From the NCBI GenBank assembly GCA_043817315.1, contig JBDRGY010000004.1:797-64796 (forward strand): a DNA stretch of 64,000 nucleotides. The letters run 5' to 3'. Each line of letters starts with the position of its first letter. The stretch's first letter is position 1. The DNA comes from Patescibacteria group bacterium (lineage in GTDB: Bacteria > Patescibacteriota > Patescibacteriia > JBDRGY01). Below, piece after piece: positions 1 to 8,124 of the stretch. A program made the position numbers and the translations under genes. The notes beneath the pieces are model-generated. The model made no database searches and was not told where the DNA came from. It was given only the letters and a program-made list of their open reading frames with translations.

Positions 1-215
1 TCTCCGCAGTCACTAAAGAGACAATCGACGGTCAGGCTGCCGCCATTGTAGAGGGAGAGTTAGACGATTCGGGTTTGGTTTTGGGTATCTTGATTGCCAT
101 CGTCCCCAAAGGCGAAAGCTATTTCATCATTACTGCTAACACCACTACGGAAAAATGGTCAGAATACAAACCGATTTTCTACGAGACGGTTCGCAGTTTT
201 GAATTCGAGTATTAA
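1..215 (+). CDS. 3' end of PsbP-like/hypothetical protein (partial)
   Basis: Open frame from the window edge (..TIDGQAAAIVEG..YFIITANTTTEKWSEYKPIFYETVRSFEFEY*), stop TAA 213-215; the pattern resembles PsbP-related proteins. Confidence 0.55.
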   Translation, partial: SAVTKETIDGQAAAIVEGELDDSGLVLGILIAIVPKGESYFIITANTTTEKWSEYKPIFYETVRSFEFEY

Positions 216-242
216 TAACCATTAACAATTAAATAGAAAACA

Positions 243-1010
243 ATGGCTGACGAGCAAAAAAAATCACCAGTTTTGATTATTGTCATTGTGATAGTAGTTC
301 TGGGAATAGCCATCGGTGTTTACTTTGCGATGAGTGGTGGAGAAGAAATAACTAACACAAATGTTGCTACTAATAGTTCTTCTACCAACACCAATCAGAC
401 AGCCACCAATACCGCAACCGATCCCTACGCCGATTTAATGCAGTATGATGACAAGACGATTGATATCACATCAGCTGACGGCAAGGTAACCGGTCAGATT
501 GCTATCAGCATTGATAAGACTCAAGAAATGCCCATAACAGTAGTTTACTTTATGAGAGTAGATGATGCTTTACCCCAAACCATAGCTGCTACCGGTGGCG
601 GGGCATCATATTACTATATAGCTAGTCATGCCCAAGAGGCAGACCTGAGGGCCGGGGACGGCACCGGTTCTCTTGGAGCAGCTTTCTGCAATGTTGATCA
701 GATCCCCGATGTATTAGCCTTGGCTCAGCAGCGTAGTATTGATGTTGATCTTTATCTAGGTTGTGATGCTCAGTATGAGGTGGGAAATTCAACTGAAACT
801 TTTTATCATATCTACTCCAGTTACTTTAATAATTACACCTGGGATTACAACAATGATGTAATTGGCAAGGATAAACTAGCCGTTTTTGACACTGCCCCTT
901 TCTATGAAGAGGAGGATTTTGAAGGCGTTCAAAGTTGGGGTGCCGATAATGAGACAGTGATCAGAGATGGAGAAGTTATGTCTCAATACGATTTGATTTT
1001 CACCGAATAA
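243..1010 (+). CDS. Membrane-anchored exported hypothetical protein
   Basis: 255 aa, N-terminal TM helix, Thr/Asn-rich linker, acidic domain. Confidence 0.75.
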   Translation: MADEQKKSPVLIIVIVIVVLGIAIGVYFAMSGGEEITNTNVATNSSSTNTNQTATNTATDPYADLMQYDDKTIDITSADGKVTGQIAISIDKTQEMPITVVYFMRVDDALPQTIAATGGGASYYYIASHAQEADLRAGDGTGSLGAAFCNVDQIPDVLALAQQRSIDVDLYLGCDAQYEVGNSTETFYHIYSSYFNNYTWDYNNDVIGKDKLAVFDTAPFYEEEDFEGVQSWGADNETVIRDGEVMSQYDLIFTE

Positions 1011-1032
1011 AGAATATTAATAATAAAACAAA

Positions 1033-1530
1033 ATGGCTAAACCAAAAAAACAAATCATGATCGTGGTCGCTATTGTGGTAATAGCTGGAGCAGCTGCCGG
1101 CACTTATTTCGGGTTGGATTATTTGGGTGAATCACGCCTGCAGAGATTCGAAGAGTTGCAAGATGAGCATACGGCCAAGGGAACAACTGTTGAGGCTAAT
1201 GTTAATGCAGTAGCCGTTGCCCTACAAGGGTTGGATTGGCAAACTGGTAAAACGGAAAGCCAGAAAACAATTACCAGCTTCCAAGAGGTCATAGAAATTG
1301 ATGAAGAGTTGGCCAAGCTAGCCAACCAACTTGATTTGGCAGAAGATGCAGCTAAATTCTCCAAACGCAAGGAGACCGAAGAAGTGATTATCGAATTCTA
1401 CCAGAAGACCATAGAATGTGCCGATTACGCCATTGCAGAAGACCAGACATCATTTGCCACCTGTGACACCGAGGCCGGGGAGATCTATGACAGATTTCTG
1501 GCCCTCAATGAAGAATTTAACACTTTGTAA
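1033..1530 (+). CDS. Membrane-anchored helical hypothetical protein
   Basis: 165 aa, N-terminal TM helix; followed by hairpin+T-run at ~1551-1575. Confidence 0.75.
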   Translation: MAKPKKQIMIVVAIVVIAGAAAGTYFGLDYLGESRLQRFEELQDEHTAKGTTVEANVNAVAVALQGLDWQTGKTESQKTITSFQEVIEIDEELAKLANQLDLAEDAAKFSKRKETEEVIIEFYQKTIECADYAIAEDQTSFATCDTEAGEIYDRFLALNEEFNTL

Positions 1531-1588
1531 TAATTATGCAGAATAGCAAAGAATCGCCTTTGAGGCGGTTTTTTGTTAAAATGAAAAC

Positions 1589-1954
1589 ATGAAAAAAGGT
1601 AATCTATCAGGACTGAAATGGCAGGAGCGGTTTGACTACGTCAAAAACGTTACTTTTAATGAAGACGATTTCAAAACAAAAGGAAGCAAGTTTCAAATCG
1701 TCAAGTTTCCGGCCGGTAAGCAAGTTGATCCACATTTCCACAAAACAAAGGTGGAAGTATTCTATGTCGTTAAAGGCCAGGGGATTATCAAAATCAATGA
1801 TCAAGAATTTCGATGCCAACCCGACGATTTCTTTTTAATAGAAAGAGGTGATGTTCATCAGATAATAAATGATACGGATGAAGATTTTATCATGTTAGTT
1901 TTTCGCACTAACGAAATTCAAGAAGATTTACATTGGCACAATGAAGAAAAATAA
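1589..1954 (+). CDS. Cupin domain protein
   Basis: PHFH..E.FYVVKGQG and GDVHQI cupin motifs. Confidence 0.85.
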   Translation: MKKGNLSGLKWQERFDYVKNVTFNEDDFKTKGSKFQIVKFPAGKQVDPHFHKTKVEVFYVVKGQGIIKINDQEFRCQPDDFFLIERGDVHQIINDTDEDFIMLVFRTNEIQEDLHWHNEEK

Positions 1955-2378
1955 GACCAAACTAAAATCAGAGCTTATCGCTCCTTGTGGCATGAATTGC
2001 GGTTTGTGCAAGGCTTATATGGGTTTCGCTCTGGATATGACAAAAGACCAGAGAAAAAAACATGGGGTTGGTCAGTGTTCGGGTTGCCGGGCTAGAGGTA
2101 AGATGTGTGCCTTTTTAAAGAGAGATTGTTTCTCGTTAAAAAATAATAAAATAAAATTCTGTCATCAGTGTAAGAAGATGCCTTGTCAAAACCTGATCCG
2201 TTTAGATAAAAGCTATAAGGAGAAATACCAATACAGTTTTGTTAGTAATCAAGAACAGATAAAGAAGCAGGGGATCAAGAGGTTCCTGGCCAGTCAGGAA
2301 AGAAAATATCGGTGCCCAAAATGCGGAGGATTAATTTGTATCCATGATAAAAAGTGCTATTATTGTAGAGTAAGATAA
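1941..2378 (+). CDS. Cys-rich protein, DUF3795-like
   Basis: IAPCGMNCGLC, CSGCR, FCHQC..PC and a terminal CPKC..C..CYYC. Confidence 0.75.
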   Translation: MKKNKTKLKSELIAPCGMNCGLCKAYMGFALDMTKDQRKKHGVGQCSGCRARGKMCAFLKRDCFSLKNNKIKFCHQCKKMPCQNLIRLDKSYKEKYQYSFVSNQEQIKKQGIKRFLASQERKYRCPKCGGLICIHDKKCYYCRVR

Positions 2379-2395
2379 TTAATTAAGAAAATACA

Positions 2396-3115
2396 ATGGA
2401 CACTAAATATGCCTATTTAGTCGGCAGTCTATTCTTCCTGGCAGTCTGGATAGTAATTTTTGCGCTAAAAAAAGAAACCCGGAAAGAGATGACTATTATC
2501 AGCTTTTTCTTCCTGCCTGTGGTACCGATTTTAGAGTATCTTCACATCAAAGACTATTGGATACCCGGTTTTATTTGGGGAAATTTCTTTGGGGTTGAAG
2601 ATTTTATTTTTGCCTTTTCCTTTGCCGGAATTGCCTCGGTAATCTATCAGGTGGTATTTAAAAAAAGAAAAGAAACCCTTAAGAAATATCTGGTAATTCC
2701 TAAGGTAAGGAAAAACTGGCCCGCCTACCTGATATTTTTCGGGGGCATGGTTTTTATGATATTTTCCTTCTTTTACTTTATGCTAGGAGTCAATTCTGTG
2801 ATTGCCCTCATCTTCGCTTTTTTGTTCGCCGGACTGTATATGATAATGCAGAGAAGAGATTTGCTGGTTAACGCCATATTTTCCGGCTTGTTGATGTCCT
2901 TGCTTTTTTTCCTTTTCTATTTTGTTTTATTCCTAAGACTTTACCCGGACATTATTGAAAGATGGTGGCAGATCTCTGATCTTTCCGGCAACATGATTTA
3001 TGGGCTACCGATCGAAGAAGTTGCCTGGGCTTTTGCCTTTGGTTTTATGTTTGGACCGCTTTACGAATTCGTGTGCCATTTAACCCTGAAAAAGGTAGAC
3101 CAAAACGATATATGA
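2396..3115 (+). CDS. Lycopene-cyclase-domain membrane protein
   Basis: Two repeats of the G.EDFIFAF / PIEEVAWAF motif, polytopic. Confidence 0.65.
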   Translation: MDTKYAYLVGSLFFLAVWIVIFALKKETRKEMTIISFFFLPVVPILEYLHIKDYWIPGFIWGNFFGVEDFIFAFSFAGIASVIYQVVFKKRKETLKKYLVIPKVRKNWPAYLIFFGGMVFMIFSFFYFMLGVNSVIALIFAFLFAGLYMIMQRRDLLVNAIFSGLLMSLLFFLFYFVLFLRLYPDIIERWWQISDLSGNMIYGLPIEEVAWAFAFGFMFGPLYEFVCHLTLKKVDQNDI

Positions 3116-3780
3116 AGCTGACCCTGGCCAATATAAAAAAATCTCCCCAAGTCAAAGCCTACATCGAACAAACCGATCGTGCTTTCAAGGGGCAGGGGTA
3201 TACTGATCATGGTTTCAGGCACGCTAATCTGGTGGCCGATCGAGCCAGTTCTATAGCTCGCAAGGTGGGTCTGGCCAAAAGAGAACAGGAACTATGTGCT
3301 ATTGCCGGATATGTTCATGATATTGGCAATTTTATCGGGCGGATGTATCACCAGAAGTATGGAGCTATACTTTTTCTCCAACTATTTAACAAAGAGAAAG
3401 CCAACCTCAAAGATACCATGGCCATTACCGAGGCCATTATTGCTCACGACCATCATGAAGTCTGGATTCCTTCCAAGATTGGTGCCGTGGTCATTTTGGC
3501 TGATAAAAGTGATGTCCACTGGAGTAGGGTGATTGAAAAAGAAGCCAAGAATCTGGAAACTGATATCCATGATCGAGTCAATTTCTCGGTCAGTAAAAAC
3601 GATTTATACGTTTATCCCCAGAAGAAAGTGATTGAGCTGAAAATCAAGATTAACACCAAGATGACTGATGTAGCTGAATACTTCGAGATATTTACCGGCA
3701 GGATGCATTATGTACGCCAGGCCGCAGAGTATTTGGGGTATAAATTTAGTTTAGTGATAAATAATTCCAAGCTAGCATAG
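3112..3780 (+). CDS. HD-domain phosphohydrolase
   Basis: TDHGFRH, HDIGN, ILADKSDVH, DIHDRVN; start moved to ATG 3112. Confidence 0.8.
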   Translation: MKLTLANIKKSPQVKAYIEQTDRAFKGQGYTDHGFRHANLVADRASSIARKVGLAKREQELCAIAGYVHDIGNFIGRMYHQKYGAILFLQLFNKEKANLKDTMAITEAIIAHDHHEVWIPSKIGAVVILADKSDVHWSRVIEKEAKNLETDIHDRVNFSVSKNDLYVYPQKKVIELKIKINTKMTDVAEYFEIFTGRMHYVRQAAEYLGYKFSLVINNSKLA

Positions 3781-3782
3781 TA

Positions 3783-4604
3783 ATGGATAAAAAACCGAAC
3801 TGGAAACCGACCAAAGCAGAGTATTGGCAATATCTTCCAGCACCCGCACGCCCCTGGCCGAGCGAAGTTGCTTGGTTTGAGAAATACGCTCTTAAGAAAA
3901 AAGAGGAAGGCTTAAAAGATGTTTTAATTTTGGGTTCAACCGTGGAGTTTCGAGCCATGCTCCATAAACACAAAATGAATGTACATGTTGTCGATTTTTC
4001 TAAAGAATTCTACGAGACACTTTCAAGGCAGAAAATGAAATTCAGAAGGGAAGAGGTATTCTATGAACAAAACTGGGTGACAATGGATCTAGGCAAGAAG
4101 TTTGATCTAATTTTTGGTGATTGGGTGCCGGGAGTTTTATACACCAAAGATTACGACAAATTTTATATAAACATAATAAAACACCTAAACAATAAAGGAC
4201 TATTCATCGGCAGAGAATGTTTAAGGCCAAATAAGAATCCGGTTGACCTGGAAAAAGTAGCCAAAGAACACTATAAAAAATACGCTAGCCGGTATTCATT
4301 TTACGAGACCTCAGCCCAATATGCCTATGGTTTTAGCCCGGATCCTGTCACTTCCATGTGGAATATTACCAAAGCCCAGAAAGCCCTTGATGATGTTTAC
4401 AAAAAGAATCTTATGGAAAAAGATGACTTCGATTTTATGACCAAGGCACTTTCTTTTGAGAGTGACGGCAGTATGTCAATAATGGTTAAAGAAGACTTTG
4501 AGAAAGAGATAAAGAAGTATTTCAATATTTTTACAGTTCATCATGTTGAAGAACCATCTTCTGATTGGTTTCCCATTTATGTCCTACAGAAAAAGGGGAA
4601 CTAG
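3783..4604 (+). CDS. Class I SAM-dependent methyltransferase-like protein
   Basis: VLILGST, VVDFS, FDLIFGD, GLFIG motifs. Confidence 0.6.
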   Translation: MDKKPNWKPTKAEYWQYLPAPARPWPSEVAWFEKYALKKKEEGLKDVLILGSTVEFRAMLHKHKMNVHVVDFSKEFYETLSRQKMKFRREEVFYEQNWVTMDLGKKFDLIFGDWVPGVLYTKDYDKFYINIIKHLNNKGLFIGRECLRPNKNPVDLEKVAKEHYKKYASRYSFYETSAQYAYGFSPDPVTSMWNITKAQKALDDVYKKNLMEKDDFDFMTKALSFESDGSMSIMVKEDFEKEIKKYFNIFTVHHVEEPSSDWFPIYVLQKKGN

Positions 4605-4647
4605 ATGCCTCCAGAAGAAACAGGGCGAAACACCCTGTTTTTTGCAT

Positions 4648-4676
4648 TTGACAGATTATTAGTGAAGGAATAAGGT
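4648..4676 (+). promoter_or_regulatory. Sigma70-type promoter of the WGS-motif gene cassette
   Basis: TTGACA(4648)-17 nt-TAAGGT(4671), directly after the upstream terminator at ~4618-4643. Confidence 0.7.
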
Positions 4677-4723
4677 CATATACTAGAGGAATGACAGATC
4701 TTTGACAGAGTTTGGCTAGCTAG

Positions 4724-4927
4724 AGCCAAAAAGGAGGTGGTAACTTCAATACTGATCCTGAATTCTGGGACATGTCAGCTGACGACTACCACTTGTCAGC
4801 CACTTCACTCTGCCTGCCCGGCAACCATCCTGGTGGATGTAATGCCGAGTTGATCGGTGCTTATCCAGCTGATCTGACTCTAGTGGAATACCGATCCTGG
4901 GGGAGTATCAAGGCCATGTATCGTTGA
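4724..4927 (+). pseudogene. C-terminal fragment of a beta-helix-type secreted protein with WGSIKAMYR tail
   Basis: GGNFNTDPEFWDMSADDYHLSATSLCLPGNHPGGCNAELIGAYP..VEYRSWGSIKAMYR*; no signal peptide, in-frame TAG at 4721; not in the ORF track. Confidence 0.65.
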
Positions 4928-4977
4928 GCCTTTTAAGGTTACTGAAGGGTTGGCAACCAGTGAAAGGAGGTTAGGTC

Positions 4978-5727
4978 ATGTTTAGGCATCGAACATTCAT
5001 CTTTTTGATGGTGATGGCGTGTGTGACATTCGGGGCAGAGGCAACTGGACAGAGTGAGCAGTCCGGCCGCGAGTTGGTTTACGCGGAGGATTTCTCGTCA
5101 GACCCCGGCTACGACTCGATGCAGGATCTCTATGCCTTCTGGGATGCATCAGGCGGCAGCTACTTTGCACTCTCGCTGGACGTCAGTTCTGGCCTGGGAC
5201 GATACATGGGATACAGCCCGGAGTTCACAGTCGTCGCGGGCGACTTCACGGTGTCGTTTGACCTGATGGTTCTGGCTCAGGACTGGGGGTGTTATCCCGG
5301 TATCGTTTTTCAGAACACGAATGTACCGGATCCTGCCCAGCCCGATGGGTATCACGTCACCTTCTATGCCAAGTTTTTGTGGAGCGACCATGAAGTGCGC
5401 AAGTTCGCGATCATGCCAGATCAGGGGGAGTACCTTTTGACCCCGAGCTCGCCGAACGTCGGAGAGTGGTACCACTTCGAGGTGGTCTACCACTCCGGCA
5501 GTCAAACCGTCGATTGGACGATTGAGTCAGGCGGAGTGTTCTACCAGGTTGTCGGTGTCTCCTTTCCCCTGTCGACGGGTTTCAACAGGCTCTATATAGG
5601 TGAGATCACTCAGCCTCCTAAATATGGGGAGCAGACGGCGATCCGGGTGGATAATATCTCCGTATGGACCGGGATGGTTCCTGTAGAAAAGACGAGCTGG
5701 GGCAGTGTTAAGGCCATGTATCGTTAG
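4978..5727 (+). CDS. Secreted LamG/ConA-like protein with C-terminal SWGSVKAMYR motif
   Basis: Signal peptide, GEWYHFEVVY and IRVDNISVW strands, SD AAAGGAGG at 4963-4970. Confidence 0.8.
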   Translation: MFRHRTFIFLMVMACVTFGAEATGQSEQSGRELVYAEDFSSDPGYDSMQDLYAFWDASGGSYFALSLDVSSGLGRYMGYSPEFTVVAGDFTVSFDLMVLAQDWGCYPGIVFQNTNVPDPAQPDGYHVTFYAKFLWSDHEVRKFAIMPDQGEYLLTPSSPNVGEWYHFEVVYHSGSQTVDWTIESGGVFYQVVGVSFPLSTGFNRLYIGEITQPPKYGEQTAIRVDNISVWTGMVPVEKTSWGSVKAMYR

Positions 5728-5754
5728 ACACGTCAGTGTCAGAGAGGAGGAAGT

Positions 5755-6462
5755 ATGAGACGGGCCTGTCTTACTCTTACGCCGCTGCTGATCATCATTT
5801 TTAGCTGGAGCCTGTGTCTGGCGGACGGTGGTACGGTTTTCTTCATCGTCGACGGTGAGACAGTGGCACAGCTGGAGTGCCAGGAGTTTCCCATGGCCAA
5901 GCCGATCAAGCTGGCTGGCCGAAGTGGCGGTTCTGGCTGCTATCAACGCTCCGGGTTGATCGACAACGTTTACGTCGAACTGGGTGAAACCGGAGTAGTC
6001 TGCAACGAGGATTTCCAGTGCTTCGAGGTAGGTGGCTGGGTTCTCTACGGTGAACCTTCGCCGGTTATCCTGCTTGACTTCGGTAACCCATTACCCTGTC
6101 TGATGACTTCAGGCGACAGTTGGTACGACAGTGGCATATGTTCTGAAGCCCTCTACAATTGGTCAGCCGGATTCCACTTTGCCGCTTATGCTCACGTCGA
6201 TCAACAGGCGGCTTTTCACTCGGTGGAGATGGGAATCGCCGACCAGGATGCCCCCACTGATGAAGGTATCGGTCACGTCATTGGGGTCAATTGGAAAACC
6301 TCTGGCCAAGGCGACTACATCCTGCAGCTGGATACGGACATAGAAACCGTGCAGGTTCCAGCTCCGAGTTGCGGACAGTGGCACTGGATCGAGATCATCG
6401 GTATTCCTACTACCTCAGTCGAGAGTACGGACTGGGGTAGTATCAAAGCGTTATATCGTTAG
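5755..6462 (+). CDS. Secreted Cys-rich protein with C-terminal DWGSIKALYR motif
   Basis: Signal peptide, SD AGAGGAGG, same C-terminal motif as the two upstream units. Confidence 0.8.
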   Translation: MRRACLTLTPLLIIIFSWSLCLADGGTVFFIVDGETVAQLECQEFPMAKPIKLAGRSGGSGCYQRSGLIDNVYVELGETGVVCNEDFQCFEVGGWVLYGEPSPVILLDFGNPLPCLMTSGDSWYDSGICSEALYNWSAGFHFAAYAHVDQQAAFHSVEMGIADQDAPTDEGIGHVIGVNWKTSGQGDYILQLDTDIETVQVPAPSCGQWHWIEIIGIPTTSVESTDWGSIKALYR

Positions 6463-6470
6463 CTCTTTAC

Positions 6471-6497
6471 GGGGTGACCGAAGTCACCCCTTTTCTT
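6471..6497 (+). terminator. Intrinsic terminator
   Basis: GGGGTGAC-CGAA-GTCACCCC followed by TTTTCTT. Confidence 0.8.
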
Positions 6498-6558
6498 ATC
6501 TAAAAAAAGAGTGCTAAAGGTTTTTAGCACTCAGGAATATTCTTTTAAGGTAATTTAC

Positions 6559-6635
6559 TGGTCGGAGTGGGGGGACTTGAACCCCCGACCTCAGCGTCCC
6601 GAACGCTGCGCGCTAGCCATCTGCGCCACACTCCG
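6559..6635 (-). tRNA. tRNA-Pro(CGG)
   Basis: Reverse complement CGGAGTGTGGCGCAG..CAGCG-TTCGGGA-CGCTG..GGTTCAAGTCC..CACTCCGACCA; cloverleaf with encoded CCA. Confidence 0.95.
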
Positions 6636-6878
6636 TTAGAAATTTTTGTTATCTAACCACTTTCTACCAACACCAGATTTCAGGAACCTTTCCCTTTTGG
6701 CGGCTTCTTCTTTTGTTTTGAATTTCTCATAATACATTAGCCAGAACGGTCCATTTTGTCTTGTCCATTTATTTGATCCGTTGTTATGTTCATATAGCCG
6801 TATCTTTGGTGACTTCTTTGTATACCCCACATAACGTTTTTTGTTTTTTGTGCTTCTAAGTACGTAGACATTATACAT
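6636..6878 (-). CDS. Stand-alone small GIY-YIG nuclease
   Basis: VYVL..RYVGYT..IRLYEHNNG..WT...P..L.YYE.F..KEEA.KRERFLKSG; catalytic Arg/His/Glu present; stop abuts the tRNA 5' end. Confidence 0.9.
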   Translation of the reverse strand: MYNVYVLRSTKNKKRYVGYTKKSPKIRLYEHNNGSNKWTRQNGPFWLMYYEKFKTKEEAAKRERFLKSGVGRKWLDNKNF

Positions 6879-6893
6879 TGTTCTTTGATTATT

Positions 6894-6946
6894 CTAGCCC
6901 CCGCCAGAGGCGGGTCCGCCTTCGGCGGAATCTGCGCTACACCCCG
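6894..6946 (-). repeat. Duplicated tRNA-Pro 5' fragment interrupted by a 30-bp double-hairpin repeat
   Basis: CGGGGTGTAGCGCAGAT-[30 bp, 6900-6929]-GGCTAG matches tRNA nt 1-23 with 2 mismatches; insert is CCCGCC-AGA-GGCGGG + TCCGCC-TTC-GGCGGA. Confidence 0.85.
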
Positions 6947-6991
6947 ATATGACTATTTTATCAAATCTGGTCTTAAAAAAGAAGCCCGGGA

Positions 6992-7225
6992 TTATGATAA
7001 CTCCCGGGCGGTTCTGGAACGACGGAACAAGAGGCACAGAGGAAAGAAGATCGGCCAGCCGACAGTGCAGAAGAATCTAATGTCGTATTCCTCGCTGTGT
7101 GCCCGGTGCTCGGTCTTTCTATCCGGCCAGGGTACGTCGGCAAACAGGTACTGATAAGAGAGTCGCATGCCGATGAACCAGACTGCCAGCAGGGCATAGG
7201 ACACCACCATACCAATTGGCGACAT
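6992..7225 (-). CDS. Small membrane protein (77 aa), stand-alone cassette
   Basis: ATG 7225 with SD GGAAAGGAGG; promoter TTGACA(7292)-17-TAACAT; hairpin+T-run at ~6975-7010. Confidence 0.65.
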   Translation of the reverse strand: MSPIGMVVSYALLAVWFIGMRLSYQYLFADVPWPDRKTEHRAHSEEYDIRFFCTVGWPIFFPLCLLFRRSRTARELS

Positions 7226-7390
7226 TTTGCCTCCTTTCCGTCTGAGTAAAGGAACGATTAAAAATGTTAACAAAAAGGATTGTTTTTGTCAATAAATTAG
7301 AGAAATTGAGACATATTGACCGAATTAGCTATTTGTAATAGACTTATAATTGATATTTAATAACAATCTGAAATTTCCGTTTTTTTATCT

Positions 7391-8071
7391 ATGAAAAAAG
7401 TACCGAATCACTTAGGTATAATCATGGACGGTAATCGCCGTTGGGCCAGAAATAGGGGTTTACCCACTTTGGAGGGCCATCGGAGAGGATACAATAAGGT
7501 CAAAAAGGTAGGAGACTGGTGTTTAGACAGGGGTATTAAAATCCTGACTGTTTACGCCTTTTCTACCGAGAATTGGAATAGAAGCAAGAAAGAAGTGGGT
7601 TATTTGATGAAATTACTTAAAAAGGCTCTGACTGATGATATTCAAGAAATGCACCAGAAAAATATCCAAGTCAGAGTAATTGGCCGTGTCTCTCAATTGT
7701 CCAAAGATTTACAAAAGGCGGTTAGAGATGCCGTTAAACTTACCAAAAAGAACACCAAGGGCATTCTCAATATAGCCCTCAATTACGGGGGCCGACCGGA
7801 GATTGTTGATGCTATCCGCAAAGTAGTCAGAAAAAAAGTACCTATCACCGAAGCGGCCATTGCCGATAATCTGTATACCGCCGGTTTGCCTGATCCGGAT
7901 CTGATAATCCGTACTTCCGGAGAATACCGCTTATCCAACTTCTTAACTTGGCAGGCATCTTATTCTGAGCTGATGTTCATCGATAAGCATTGGCCTGCTT
8001 TTACCGAAAAGGATTTGGATAAAGCTATCAAAGAATATCAAAAGAGAAACCGCCGCTTTGGCGGAAACTAA
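7391..8071 (+). CDS. uppS: Undecaprenyl diphosphate synthase
   Basis: HLGIIMDGNRRWA, YAFSTENWNR, IRTSGEYRLSNFL, RRFGG. Confidence 0.97.
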   Translation: MKKVPNHLGIIMDGNRRWARNRGLPTLEGHRRGYNKVKKVGDWCLDRGIKILTVYAFSTENWNRSKKEVGYLMKLLKKALTDDIQEMHQKNIQVRVIGRVSQLSKDLQKAVRDAVKLTKKNTKGILNIALNYGGRPEIVDAIRKVVRKKVPITEAAIADNLYTAGLPDPDLIIRTSGEYRLSNFLTWQASYSELMFIDKHWPAFTEKDLDKAIKEYQKRNRRFGGN

Positions 8072-8124
8072 AACAAAGACAAAAATAAATGCATCGATTT
8101 TTCGATGCTTTTTGGTTTAAAGAT

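Noticed and set aside
6509-6532. GAGTGCTAA..TTAGCACTC resembling CIRCE
   Set aside because: Arms are in reverse order with a 6-nt spacer and a flanking A-run; better explained as the tRNA terminator on the minus strand
6885-7154. 89-aa plus-strand ORF containing ARGGSAFGG
   Set aside because: Translation of the palindromic insert, tRNA fragment and antisense of the 6992-7225 gene
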